64,000 nucleotides of DNA, from the IMG/VR virus record IMGVR_UViG_3300021963_000036, one strand, 5' to 3'. The notes beneath the pieces were generated by a model that was given only the letters and a program-made list of their open reading frames with translations, ran no database searches and was not told where the DNA came from. How positions within the stretch are numbered: position 1 is the first letter of the stretch; the number at the start of each line of letters is the position of its first letter. This DNA comes from a virus. Taxonomy: Duplodnaviria; Heunggongvirae; Uroviricota; Caudoviricetes. The position numbers were made by a program, and so were the translations under genes. This document shows positions 47,947 through 57,775 of the stretch, one piece after another.

Positions 47947-48846
47947 ATGGATGACCTAAATGAAAAGAAAGCTACTGGTGAAGAGTCATACTCTGCTGAT
48001 CCAGTAGTGGGCGCTGGCGGTCCAGTAAAGAGCCGTCTTGGCGATGTAAAGAAAAAAGTAGACCCAGTTGCTGACGACATTGAGAAGAATGTTAAGACTC
48101 CTCAAGGTTCAAACAACGCTGGTCTTCATGAAGCAATCGCTGCGCTATTTGGCGACACCGAACTTTCAGAAGACTTCAAAGAAAAGACAGCAACTCTTTT
48201 CGAAGCAGCAGTGCACGAAAAAGTTGAAGAAGCTCGTACTGCTATTGCAGAAGAGTTTGAAGTAGCTCTTGAAGAACAGACTGCAGCTATTGTCGAAGAT
48301 CTTACCGACAAACTCGATGCATACCTCGATTATGTAGTTGAGAATTGGATGTCAGAAAACGAAGTTGCGCTTGAAACTGGCTTCAAAGTTCAAGTTGCAG
48401 AATCACTATTTGATGGACTTAAGTCGCTTATGTCCGAGCACAACATTGAAGTTGACGAAGAAACCGTTGACGTCGTTGCTGCTATGGAAGAGCAAGTCGC
48501 AGAATCAAACGCTAAGTACAACGCACTCTTTGAAGAAATGCTTGCACTTCGCGAAGAAACCGAAATGCTTCAGAAGAACGCAGCACTTGCAGCAATCTCT
48601 GAAGGTATGGTTGCAACCGACGCTGAAAGATTCAAGGTTCTCGCTGAAGGCGTAAATTACGAATCAGTAGAAGAATTCGTAGCTAAGCTTGAAACAATCA
48701 AGGAAAGCTATTTCTCTGAATCAGTCGCTCGTGCAGAAGATCAATCCGATCTTCTTGAAGAAGAAGTAGACGAAGTTAAGGCGCCAGCTGTTACTGGTGC
48801 AGTTGCTGCATATGTCGCTTCACTAGATAAATTCGGCAAAAACTAA
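47947..48846 (+). CDS. gp22: Prohead scaffold protein
   Basis: LSEDFKEKTATLFEAAV...LDAYLDYVVENWMSENE...IKESYF. Confidence 0.9.
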   Translation: MDDLNEKKATGEESYSADPVVGAGGPVKSRLGDVKKKVDPVADDIEKNVKTPQGSNNAGLHEAIAALFGDTELSEDFKEKTATLFEAAVHEKVEEARTAIAEEFEVALEEQTAAIVEDLTDKLDAYLDYVVENWMSENEVALETGFKVQVAESLFDGLKSLMSEHNIEVDEETVDVVAAMEEQVAESNAKYNALFEEMLALREETEMLQKNAALAAISEGMVATDAERFKVLAEGVNYESVEEFVAKLETIKESYFSESVARAEDQSDLLEEEVDEVKAPAVTGAVAAYVASLDKFGKN

Positions 48847-48850
48847 TTCT

Positions 48851-48858
48851 TATAAATA
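48851..48858 (+). promoter_or_regulatory. T4 late promoter
   Basis: TATAAATA before gp23. Confidence 0.8.
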
Positions 48859-48892
48859 ACTATATCTAATCCATCAAAGGAGAAAATAACAA

Positions 48893-50161
48893 ATGAGAAA
48901 CGAAGAGTTAATGAAAAAGTGGGGCCCAGTGCTTGAGCACAACGCCCTACCAGGAATTAAGGATTCACACAGAAAGTCTGTCACTGCACAGCTTCTTGAG
49001 AATACCGAGATTGCTCTCAAAGAAGGTTCAAGCTATTCACCTAGCTCATTCCTTACCGAAGCCCCAGTGAACGCTACTGGTGTAGCACAGAACTACGATC
49101 CAGTGCTTATCAGCCTCGTTCGTCGTGCAATGCCTAACCTCATCGCTTACGATATTGCTGGCGTTCAGCCAATGACTGGCCCAACCGGCTTGATCTTCGC
49201 AATGCGTTCGAACTATGCTAACACCACTGCTGCAACCGGCGAAACCTTCTACAACGAAGTTAACACCGCGTTCTCCGGCACTGGTACAATGGCTGGTACA
49301 ACCGGTACTGCAGCTACTGCAAACACCGGTACTGGTATGTCAACAGCAGCTGCTGAAGCTCTTGGTGACGGCGCAGGTACTGACTTCGCACAAATGTCAT
49401 TCAGCATTGAAAAAGTGTCCGTGACTGCAAAGTCCCGCGCTCTCAAAGCAGAATACACAACTGAACTTGCACAAGACTTGAAGGCAATCCACGGTCTTGA
49501 CGCTGAGTCAGAACTTGCTAACATGCTTCAGGCTGAACTGCTTGCAGAAATCAACCGTGAAGTTGTTCGTACAGTGTATAACACAGCTGTAACTGGTGCA
49601 CAAACAGGTACTGCAGTTGCAGGTATCTTCGACCTAGACGTCGACGCAAACGGCCGTTGGTCAGTTGAAAAGTTCAAGGGACTTATGTTCCAAATTGAAC
49701 GTGAAGCTAACCAAGTCGCAAAAGATACACGTCGTGGTAAGGCTAACATCCTCATCTGCTCTTCTGACGTAGCTTCTGCTCTTCAGATGGCTGGTGTTCT
49801 GGATTATACCCCAGCGCTTAACAGCAACTCACTTAACGTTGACGACACTGGCAACACCTTCGCTGGTGTGCTTAACGGTCGTTTCCGTGTATACATCGAC
49901 CCATATGCTGGTGCAAACTACATGGTCGTTGGTTACAAAGGTTCTTCAACATTCGACGCAGGTCTCTTCTACTGCCCATACGTTCCGCTACAAATGGTTC
50001 GTGCAGTTGGCGAAAACAGCTTCCAGTCAAAGCTCGGCTTCAAAACCCGCTACGGCATGGTTGCTAACCCATTCGCTCAGGGTCTTACAGCTGGTGCTGG
50101 TGCTATCACCGCAAACAGCAACCTCTACTACCGTAGAGTTCGCGTTACTAACATTCTCTAA
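48893..50161 (+). CDS. gp23: Major capsid protein
   Basis: LVRRAMPNLIAYDIAGVQPMTGPTGLIFAMR...KSRALKAEYT.ELAQDLKAIHGLDAE...GFKTRYG. Confidence 0.97.
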   Translation: MRNEELMKKWGPVLEHNALPGIKDSHRKSVTAQLLENTEIALKEGSSYSPSSFLTEAPVNATGVAQNYDPVLISLVRRAMPNLIAYDIAGVQPMTGPTGLIFAMRSNYANTTAATGETFYNEVNTAFSGTGTMAGTTGTAATANTGTGMSTAAAEALGDGAGTDFAQMSFSIEKVSVTAKSRALKAEYTTELAQDLKAIHGLDAESELANMLQAELLAEINREVVRTVYNTAVTGAQTGTAVAGIFDLDVDANGRWSVEKFKGLMFQIEREANQVAKDTRRGKANILICSSDVASALQMAGVLDYTPALNSNSLNVDDTGNTFAGVLNGRFRVYIDPYAGANYMVVGYKGSSTFDAGLFYCPYVPLQMVRAVGENSFQSKLGFKTRYGMVANPFAQGLTAGAGAITANSNLYYRRVRVTNIL

Positions 50162-50196
50162 TAAGAGAATCGGGTTAACCGATCAAAACCTAAACT

Positions 50197-50222
50197 GGGA
50201 CTCCTTCGGGAGTCCCTTTTTT
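50197..50222 (+). terminator. Rho-independent terminator after gp23
   Basis: GGGACTCC-TTCG-GGAGTCCC followed by T6 (UUCG tetraloop). Confidence 0.9.
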
Positions 50223-50237
50223 ATTCTGTGCTGTTAA

Positions 50238-50245
50238 TATAAATA
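50238..50245 (+). promoter_or_regulatory. T4 late promoter
   Basis: TATAAATA before gp3. Confidence 0.75.
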
Positions 50246-50282
50246 TAGTCAGTATCACACTAAATGTCAATAGGAAAAGTGA

Positions 50283-50774
50283 ATGCAGCAGAACTTTCTT
50301 TCACCTACAGGGTTTAGATTCTCAATTAAAAGACTTCCGAATGTAGCGTTCTTTGTTCAGTCAGCTACGATTCCTGGAATCAGTATGAATGCTATTGAGT
50401 ATCCAACTCCGTTTAAGACTCTTGAATTTGCATCAAGTAAATTAGCATTTGAGCAATTTACAATTAATATCCGTGTAGATGAATACATGGATAGTTATAA
50501 TGAAATTTTTGATTGGATGGTTGGTCTGGCTCCCACAAAATCTTTTGATCAATATAATGCACTCAATAAGAGCGAATTCGGATTATACTCTGATGCTTCA
50601 CTTATAGTACTGAACAGCAGACAGAATCCAGCTCTTGAAGTAACTTTTCAAGATATTTTTCCTGTATCTCTTGGCAGTGTATCACTTGATACGACAACTC
50701 CAGACATCAATTACATCTCTTGCAGCATCACGTTTGCACATAATGGATACAAAATTACTCGTATAAATGGTTGA
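50283..50774 (+). CDS. gp3: Tail tube terminator / completion protein
   Basis: NFLSPTGFRF.IKRLPNV.FF.Q...IPGI...YNEIFDWM...F.D.FP.SL. Confidence 0.85.
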   Translation: MQQNFLSPTGFRFSIKRLPNVAFFVQSATIPGISMNAIEYPTPFKTLEFASSKLAFEQFTINIRVDEYMDSYNEIFDWMVGLAPTKSFDQYNALNKSEFGLYSDASLIVLNSRQNPALEVTFQDIFPVSLGSVSLDTTTPDINYISCSITFAHNGYKITRING

Positions 50775-50799
50775 CATTTCTACTACTTTGTAGTAATAT
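50771..50799 (+). promoter_or_regulatory. Sigma70-type promoter for uvsY
   Basis: TTGACA-N17-TAATAT, then an AGGAG RBS. Confidence 0.6.
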
Positions 50800-50819
50800 A
50801 GCATGTCAACCATAGGAGT

Positions 50820-51260
50820 GTGATGATGGATATTGAAGCGATCTACAGTGAATGGGCCAAAGATGGCGAGATCGATCAAACAAATGTTTCTAGGGCAGTT
50901 ACAGACATCCCGAAACTACACAATAAATACTTTAAGATCTACGTAGACGAAGGTCTTAAACTCAAGAAGCTTAAGGCAGAGTATAAGATTCTCTGGAAAA
51001 TCAAGGGCGAGTACTATCGCGGAGAACTTGATGAAGAGGAACTTAAGCAACACGGATGGAAGCCACAGGCACTCCGTATTCTCAAAGCAGACGTTCCTTC
51101 TTATTTAGAAGCTGACCCAGAAGTGGTCAAGAAGTCTCTGCTTATTGGGTTACAAGAAGAAAAAGTCGCATATTTAGAATCAATTGTTAAACATATCAGT
51201 AATAGAAACTTCCTCCTGAAAACCATCGTTGATTGGGAGAAATTTAGAACAGGCGCATAA
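50820..51260 (+). CDS. uvsY: Recombination mediator UvsY
   Basis: IPKLHNKY...EYYRG...YLEAD; position before uvsW. Confidence 0.8.
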   Translation: MMMDIEAIYSEWAKDGEIDQTNVSRAVTDIPKLHNKYFKIYVDEGLKLKKLKAEYKILWKIKGEYYRGELDEEELKQHGWKPQALRILKADVPSYLEADPEVVKKSLLIGLQEEKVAYLESIVKHISNRNFLLKTIVDWEKFRTGA

Positions 51261-52717
51261 TGGATTTAGTACAAGTTGAGAAAGTCGACGAAGTTTATGT
51301 AAGAGTACTTGCTGAGCCATCTATAAAGATGGAAATGTCAGAATACTTTACGTTTGAAGTGCCAGGTGCAAAGTTTATGCCAGCAGTTCGAAACAAAGTA
51401 TGGGATGGCAAAGTAAGACTTCTCAACACAATGACTGGTTATATCTATCATGGCCTAGTTGCGTACATCCAAAAGTTTTGTGATAAGAATGGTTATGAAT
51501 GCAGACTTGATAAGAACCTACAAAATCAAGAACCAGTTCCAGATAGCTATGCTGAAGAGATAGCTAAAGAAGTAGAAGCAGCATTTGAAGTTAGAGACTA
51601 TCAGGCCGAAGCGGTTAATCATGCCATTCGTAATAACAGAGCTCTGTTCTTATCTCCAACAGCATCGGGTAAATCGTTCATCATCTACCTGATCATGTGT
51701 CACTATTTGATGCTTGGTAAAAACATACTGATCGTAGTTCCTACCACATCGCTAGTCGATCAAATGGCTTCAGACTTTGTTGAATATAACAAAGGTCGTA
51801 GGATGGACATACACAAGATTCGTGGTGGCATGGAGAAAATATCTGATGCTAGAATCACTATCACTACATGGCAATCCGTCTATAAGATGAAGAAGGAATT
51901 CTTCGAGAAGTTTGATGTGGTGTTTGGTGACGAAGCTCATAACTTCAAAGCCAAGTCACTCACTTCTATCCTCGAAAAGATGCCACACGCTAAGTACCGC
52001 TTTGGTCTCACTGGTACACTTGATGGGACACAGACTCATAAGCTTGTGCTTGAAGGACTTTTTGGTCCAGTGTATCAGGTGATCAAGACAAAGAAGCTCA
52101 TCGATGATAAGGTTCTTGCTGCGTTTGATATCAAAGCTATTGTGTTGAAGTATTCAGACGAGACCCGAAAAGCGAACAAGGGTAAGACATACCAAGAAGA
52201 AATCGACTGGATCGTTCGCAACCAAGCACGAAATATGTACATACGAAATCTTGCATGGAACCTGAAGGGTAACACACTTATACTGTTCCAGTTTGTTGAC
52301 AAACACGGACAAGTTCTATATGATATGTTAAACAAGTCTGAAGAACATTCTGTACACTTTGTACATGGTGGAGTCGGTACAGATGAACGCGAAGCGATTC
52401 GACTTGATGTTCGAAAGACACGTGGTAATATTATATGTGCTTCTTATGGTACTTTCAGTACAGGTATAAATATTCCTGAATTGGATAATCTCATATTTGC
52501 TTCTCCTTCAAAGGGTCGTATTCGTAACCTTCAGTCTATCGGTAGAGTACTACGTAAAGGAAAAGAAAAATCAACTGCAACGCTATACGACATCGCTGAC
52601 GACCTTCAGTGGAAAAATACACAGAACTTTGCAGTAAAGCATTTTGTTGAGCGTGTAAAGATTTACAATGATGAAGGTTTCGACTTCAAGATCTACAACG
52701 TAGACGTAAAGGGATGA
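51260..52717 (+). CDS. uvsW: DNA helicase UvsW
   Basis: SPTASGKS, DEAH, GLTGT, TFSTGINI, QSIGRVLR. Confidence 0.93.
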   Translation: MDLVQVEKVDEVYVRVLAEPSIKMEMSEYFTFEVPGAKFMPAVRNKVWDGKVRLLNTMTGYIYHGLVAYIQKFCDKNGYECRLDKNLQNQEPVPDSYAEEIAKEVEAAFEVRDYQAEAVNHAIRNNRALFLSPTASGKSFIIYLIMCHYLMLGKNILIVVPTTSLVDQMASDFVEYNKGRRMDIHKIRGGMEKISDARITITTWQSVYKMKKEFFEKFDVVFGDEAHNFKAKSLTSILEKMPHAKYRFGLTGTLDGTQTHKLVLEGLFGPVYQVIKTKKLIDDKVLAAFDIKAIVLKYSDETRKANKGKTYQEEIDWIVRNQARNMYIRNLAWNLKGNTLILFQFVDKHGQVLYDMLNKSEEHSVHFVHGGVGTDEREAIRLDVRKTRGNIICASYGTFSTGINIPELDNLIFASPSKGRIRNLQSIGRVLRKGKEKSTATLYDIADDLQWKNTQNFAVKHFVERVKIYNDEGFDFKIYNVDVKG

Positions 52718-52718
52718 C

Positions 52719-53069
52719 ATGCAACTGATCCACATTAAAATGAAGAATGGTGAAGACCTATTGGGATACCTTGTTTCTTCAACGGATCATCATATCGAAG
52801 TTACTACACCTATTGCTGTTGACATAGAACCATCACTTGGATTCTTTGCCAAGTCTTGGTTGATGCTCTCAGAGAGTAACTCTGTAAAACTATCAAAAGA
52901 AGACTATATGTTCTGGTCGAATGCAAACAAGAAAGCTACAGAGTACTATGAAGAATTTATGCATAGACTCACTGATAGACCAGATACACAACACGATGCT
53001 GACTACACTTCCGAACTGGAAGATGTATTTACAGCTCTACTTGAATCAAAGTCATCTATTAAACACTGA
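52719..53069 (+). CDS. Conserved hypothetical protein (Sm-like fold suspected)
   Basis: IKMKNGEDLLG; usual position between uvsW and gp55. Confidence 0.6.
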   Translation: MQLIHIKMKNGEDLLGYLVSSTDHHIEVTTPIAVDIEPSLGFFAKSWLMLSESNSVKLSKEDYMFWSNANKKATEYYEEFMHRLTDRPDTQHDADYTSELEDVFTALLESKSSIKH

Positions 53070-53145
53070 AATATCCAAAAGCCATAGATGGATTATACAC
53101 CTTTGTTCTAGAGTGTCAACCAAAAAGTGCACTCGAAACAAACTG

Positions 53146-53174
53146 TTGACACTGTTACATTTTTATGGTATACT
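53146..53174 (+). promoter_or_regulatory. Sigma70 promoter for gp55
   Basis: TTGACA-N17-TATACT with an extended -10 TG. Confidence 0.75.
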
Positions 53175-53200
53175 GGTCAAAATACAGAAAAGGAGGGAGC

Positions 53201-53785
53201 ATGGCCCTTACGACAAAGAAGAAAAAGAACTATGTGAACAACGCAGAGTTCTTAGCAGCAATGATTGTTTACAAGAAGGCTGTTCGAGAAGCTGAAGACA
53301 GTGGTGAGCAATTGCCACGTATCCCCAATTATATCGGGGAATGTATCTACCAGATTGCAAATCGGTTAGCATACAAACCAAATTTCATCAACTATACATA
53401 TCGTGATGACATGGTTGCAGATGGTCTTGAAAATGCCATTACATGTATCAACAACTTTGATCCAGAGAAGTCGAGCAATCCATTTGCCTACTTTACTCAG
53501 GTTATCTATTTTGCTTTCATTCGGCGTATCCATAAAGAGAAAAAGCAGACATATGTTCGACATAAAGTTCTTGAAAATGCAATGCTTACTGATACAGCAT
53601 TTCAACACGGTGAACAGAGTGACTTTAATAGTTCTTCTATGAAGGAACTTACTAACGATTATATGAATGACTTTGTAGAAAAGTACGAAGCGACCATGGA
53701 AAACAAAAAGAAAATTGTGAAGAAGAAAAAGGGTCTTGAAGTGTTTTATGATGAGGCTTCTGATACTCAGGAGAATCTTGATTGA
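53201..53785 (+). CDS. gp55: Late transcription sigma factor
   Basis: NYVNN.EFL...IPNYIGEC...NFINYTYRDDMVADG.EN...NFDPEKSSNPFAYFTQ. Confidence 0.95.
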   Translation: MALTTKKKKNYVNNAEFLAAMIVYKKAVREAEDSGEQLPRIPNYIGECIYQIANRLAYKPNFINYTYRDDMVADGLENAITCINNFDPEKSSNPFAYFTQVIYFAFIRRIHKEKKQTYVRHKVLENAMLTDTAFQHGEQSDFNSSSMKELTNDYMNDFVEKYEATMENKKKIVKKKKGLEVFYDEASDTQENLD

Positions 53786-54843
53786 AAGTAGCAGTAATTA
53801 CTGATCAACACTTCGGAGTTCGAGGTGATAGTATACTATTCCTCGATTACTACGAAAAATTCTATCGTGATGTATTCTTTCCAACGCTTGATGCTCGCGG
53901 TATCAAAGTTGTTCTAGACCTTGGTGATACATTTGATCGTCGTAAGTATATCAACTATCTCACACTTCGTCGTGCAAAGGAAATGTACTTCGACGAGCTG
54001 CAGAAACGTGGCATTAAAGTCTACTCGGTTGTTGGCAACCACACCACATATTTCAAGAACACGAACGAAACCAACTCGATGGATCTCTTGCTAAAAGAGT
54101 ATCCAAACTATAAAGTTTATACCGACGAACCGGTTACAATTACTATAGATGGTTGTGACATCATGCTATCTCCTTGGATCTGCGCAAGTAACTTAGAAGC
54201 TTCTTTCAAAGCTTTTAAAGAGACGAGTGCCAAGATAGTCATGGGTCACTTTGAGTTTGCTGGCTTTGAAGTTATGAAGGGGCAGTTAGCAGAACATGGC
54301 CTTGAAACTGCTGACTTCAAAAAGTTTTTAGCTGTATACTCGGGTCACTATCATCATCCATCATCTCACGACAACATCACGTATCTTGGTGCTCCTTACG
54401 AGATGACTTGGACTGATTATGATGGTAAGCGTGGCTTTCATTTGTTTGATACTGAAACACTTGACATGGAATTGATTCAAAACCCATATAGTATCTTCCA
54501 CAAGATCGACTACGATGACGTCGATATGACTGTAGAAGATATTGATGAACTTGATGTTTCTGTGTTGACATCTACCTATGTTAAGGTTATAGTAAAGAAC
54601 AAAACAAATCCCTACACGTTTGACTTGTTCATCGACAAGTTACAGTCTGCTGGCTGTGCTGACATCAAAATCATCGAAGATCACTTGAACTTCGAAGCAC
54701 TGGATAGTAATGAGTTGATTGATGAGGCACAGGATACTATGTCCTTGCTGCGCACATATGTTGATAGCATGGAAATCAAAGCAAACAAAGAAAAGGTTAC
54801 GGTCTTCTTAAGAGATCTGTACCAGGAGGCTATGAGTCTATGA
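53782..54843 (+). CDS. gp47: Recombination endonuclease, Mre11-like
   Basis: ITDQHFG, LGDTFDRRK, VGNH, GHFE, SGHYH. Confidence 0.92.
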   Translation: MKVAVITDQHFGVRGDSILFLDYYEKFYRDVFFPTLDARGIKVVLDLGDTFDRRKYINYLTLRRAKEMYFDELQKRGIKVYSVVGNHTTYFKNTNETNSMDLLLKEYPNYKVYTDEPVTITIDGCDIMLSPWICASNLEASFKAFKETSAKIVMGHFEFAGFEVMKGQLAEHGLETADFKKFLAVYSGHYHHPSSHDNITYLGAPYEMTWTDYDGKRGFHLFDTETLDMELIQNPYSIFHKIDYDDVDMTVEDIDELDVSVLTSTYVKVIVKNKTNPYTFDLFIDKLQSAGCADIKIIEDHLNFEALDSNELIDEAQDTMSLLRTYVDSMEIKANKEKVTVFLRDLYQEAMSL

Positions 54844-54998
54844 AGACTAAAATCGTTGAGCGTAAGCTTGAGGATGGTTCGACCGAGTATGGTGTTCAAT
54901 ACCACGACGGTCATATAAAATGGTTCGCTTCACTTCCACATGCGCAGTACGCGTACGGAAAGAACCTTAACAAGAAGAAGCATAAGGTTACTGCATGA
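54840..54998 (+). CDS. Small hypothetical protein (52 aa, absent from the ORF track)
   Basis: MKTKIVERKLEDG...KVTA, with ATGA overlaps at both ends (gp47 and gp46) and an AGGAGG upstream. Confidence 0.6.
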   Translation: MKTKIVERKLEDGSTEYGVQYHDGHIKWFASLPHAQYAYGKNLNKKKHKVTA

Positions 54999-56704
54999 TT
55001 TATTTTACTGAGGTTCGTTACAAGAATATCCTTTCAACTGGAAACACTTGGAACGTAATCAATTTGAACCGAAACAAGTCTACACTGATTGTCGGCGAGA
55101 ATGGTGCTGGAAAGTCAACCATTCTCGACGCAATCTCATTTGCATTGTATGGTAAAGCTTTTCGCAAGATTAACAAACCACAGTTGATGAACTCTATCAA
55201 TCAGCGTGATCTGATGGTGGAAGTATCATTCACATCGAATGGTACTGATTACGTAATCAAACGTGGTATGAAACCTAACATTTTTGAGATTTGGAAGAAC
55301 AACGAACTCCTAAACCAAGATGCATCTTCGCGCGATTACCAAGCTTATCTCGAAGAGAATATTCTCAAGATGAACTACAAGTCATTTGGTCAAGTAGTTG
55401 TACTAGGTAGTTCTACGTTTGTTCCTTTCATGCAACTTCCAGCTCAGCATCGCCGCGAAGTGATCGAAGATCTTCTTGATATTCAGATCTTCAGCACAAT
55501 GAACAACTTGCTGAAAGAGAAGGTGTCAACTAACAAGACTGATACAACTGAAGTCAAGTACCAGATTGAACTGATTAAGAACAAAATCGAAGCTGCAAAA
55601 GAGCATAATGAGTCTATTCGAAAACTCAAAGAAGACGAGGTTCTTCGGGTAAAAGAAAAGATGAGAGAAAAGATCACTCTCATTGAATCAGAAGAGAAGC
55701 TTTCTGACGCTCTTGATGAAGAGATTACAACACTAATTTCTACAATCGAAGATAAACAGGACTGTAAGACTAAATTCGAAAAATTCAAAGGTATCAAAAA
55801 CGATCTTGATACAAAACTTCTTGCTCTGCACAAAGAGGTAAAATTTTATGATGCGCATGATAACTGTCCAACATGCAAGCAAGGGATCGAGCACGAATTT
55901 AAAGCATCGACCATTGGTGAAAAGTCTGGGAAAATTTCTGAAATCGAAGACGCCTTATTGGTCCTTAGTGAAAAAATCTCAAAGGCTTCAGCACGGCTCG
56001 ATGAAATTTCCGAAACCGAGTCAAAACTACATGGACTCAGTCTACGTCGAAATGATCATACTGCGAACATACGAATCGCAAAGTCGGCGCTTGTTGGACT
56101 TAAAAAGGAACTTGACGATGCTGAGAAATTTGCATCTGAAATCGACACCGCGAAAATTGACGGATATCAAGAAGAACACCGGGCGTTAGTAGTTCATCAG
56201 AAGTCATTGCATGATGATAAAGAAACGCTTGCTATAGTTAGTTCTATGTTGAAAGATGGTGGTATCAAAACCCGTATCATCAAACAATACGTTCCCATCA
56301 TGAACAAACTAATCAATAAATACCTCGCGGCTATGGACTTCTTTGTTGACTTTCAACTCGATGAGAGTTTTAATGAGAAGATCCTAAGCCGTTTCCGAGA
56401 TGAGTTTTCTTATTCTTCGTTCTCTGAAGGAGAGAAGCTTCGTATCGACCTCGCTCTTATGTTCACATGGAGAGCAGTATCTAAACTTCGTAACTCAGTA
56501 ACAACAAACCTTCTTATTATGGATGAAGTACTTGACGGCTCACTCGACCAAGCTGGTACAGATGAGTTTTTGAAGATCATCAACGAACTGACCGCAGACT
56601 CGAACGTGTTCATCATCAGTCATAAGGGTGATCAATTATACGACAAGTTTGATCATGTAATCAAATTTCAGAAGGTAAAAAACTTTAGTCATATGGCTGC
56701 ATAG
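54995..56704 (+). CDS. gp46: Recombination ATPase, Rad50/SMC-like
   Basis: GENGAGKST, CPTC zinc hook, FSEGEK, MDEVLDGSLD, ISH. Confidence 0.95.
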   Translation: MIYFTEVRYKNILSTGNTWNVINLNRNKSTLIVGENGAGKSTILDAISFALYGKAFRKINKPQLMNSINQRDLMVEVSFTSNGTDYVIKRGMKPNIFEIWKNNELLNQDASSRDYQAYLEENILKMNYKSFGQVVVLGSSTFVPFMQLPAQHRREVIEDLLDIQIFSTMNNLLKEKVSTNKTDTTEVKYQIELIKNKIEAAKEHNESIRKLKEDEVLRVKEKMREKITLIESEEKLSDALDEEITTLISTIEDKQDCKTKFEKFKGIKNDLDTKLLALHKEVKFYDAHDNCPTCKQGIEHEFKASTIGEKSGKISEIEDALLVLSEKISKASARLDEISETESKLHGLSLRRNDHTANIRIAKSALVGLKKELDDAEKFASEIDTAKIDGYQEEHRALVVHQKSLHDDKETLAIVSSMLKDGGIKTRIIKQYVPIMNKLINKYLAAMDFFVDFQLDESFNEKILSRFRDEFSYSSFSEGEKLRIDLALMFTWRAVSKLRNSVTTNLLIMDEVLDGSLDQAGTDEFLKIINELTADSNVFIISHKGDQLYDKFDHVIKFQKVKNFSHMAA

Positions 56705-56712
56705 GAGGTAAG

Positions 56713-56925
56713 ATGACAACCTGGAACGAAACTCATGACGACACATTTGTGGCACCTCAGCGATACAGACACAAGAAAACTGGTGGAGTTTATCAAGTGT
56801 TGTTCGAAGGATTAGAAGTAACTGGTGACGAAGGTGTTCCTTCTGTTGTATACCAAAGTGGTAATGGTCAGGTTTTCATTCAGACGAAGTCAAGATTCGA
56901 AGACGGGAGATTTGAAAAGCTATGA
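56713..56925 (+). CDS. DUF1653-like small protein
   Basis: RYRHKKTGGVYQVL...VVYQ...RFE. Confidence 0.55.
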   Translation: MTTWNETHDDTFVAPQRYRHKKTGGVYQVLFEGLEVTGDEGVPSVVYQSGNGQVFIQTKSRFEDGRFEKL

Positions 56926-57077
56926 CATTTGAAAAAATCCAAGAGAAGATCAAGAGTCTAACTGAACGAATCCACGTTCTAGAAGCTGAACGTGCGAACG
57001 AAAAGTACATACTACCTTTATATGTAGAACTCAGCACACTCCTTGACAAGATTCAAAAGGCACAAAGATTACCGTGA
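56922..57077 (+). CDS. Small coiled-coil hypothetical protein (51 aa, absent from the ORF track)
   Basis: MTFEKIQEKIKSL...RLP, with 4-nt overlaps at both ends. Confidence 0.5.
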   Translation: MTFEKIQEKIKSLTERIHVLEAERANEKYILPLYVELSTLLDKIQKAQRLP

Positions 57078-57775
57078 ACAGATACATATTTGATGTTGAT
57101 GGAACCCTTACACCATCACGAGAATCGATAGATAAAGACTTTGAACAATGGCTCATAGAGTTTTGTACTAAGAACAAAGTCTATATTGTAACCGGAAGCG
57201 ACAAGCATAAGACTATCGAACAGTTAGGCCAGAAGATCTGGTCGTTAGCACAAACTGTTTATCAGTGTTCAGGTAACGATGTTTGGATAGATGGTAAGAA
57301 CGTTCGAGTGAATACGATGCATCTCTCTAAAGAGATGGAGCAATTCTTCCATAACTGGCTTGAATCAAGTTCATACCAGACGCGTACTGGGCAGCACGTT
57401 GATATTAGACCTGGTCTGATTAATTTTAGTATAGTTGGACGAGGCGCTACAAAATCTGAGAGAGCTGATTATGTGAAGCATGACATATCGACTTTCGAGA
57501 GAATCAACATAGCTGAAGCTTTCAATAAGCAATTTGGTAAAGACATGGTTGCTCAAGTTGCAGGCGAAACTGGTCTAGACATCATAATGAAAGGTCGCGA
57601 TAAGTCACAGATCATACACGACTTCAGTCCACACGACAAACTGTATTTCTTCGGTGACAAAATGCAGCCAGATGGTAATGACTATACACTCGCTATAGAA
57701 GTTGCTAATTCTGGTGGAAATATTTACTATGTAAAGGATTGGAGAGAAACATGGGAACATCTGAAAAAACTATAG
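57074..57775 (+). CDS. HAD-IIB hydrolase, phosphomannomutase (eukaryote-type PMM)-like
   Basis: FDVDGTLT, GSD..K..EQL, INFS..GR.A...ER, FFGDK...GNDY. Confidence 0.7.
   Translation: MNRYIFDVDGTLTPSRESIDKDFEQWLIEFCTKNKVYIVTGSDKHKTIEQLGQKIWSLAQTVYQCSGNDVWIDGKNVRVNTMHLSKEMEQFFHNWLESSSYQTRTGQHVDIRPGLINFSIVGRGATKSERADYVKHDISTFERINIAEAFNKQFGKDMVAQVAGETGLDIIMKGRDKSQIIHDFSPHDKLYFFGDKMQPDGNDYTLAIEVANSGGNIYYVKDWRETWEHLKKL

Noticed and set aside
38523-56704. Introns, inteins or homing endonucleases in the core genes
   Set aside because: gp17, gp20, gp23, uvsW, gp46 and gp47 are uninterrupted and of normal length; no HNH, GIY-YIG or LAGLIDADG ORF was recognised.
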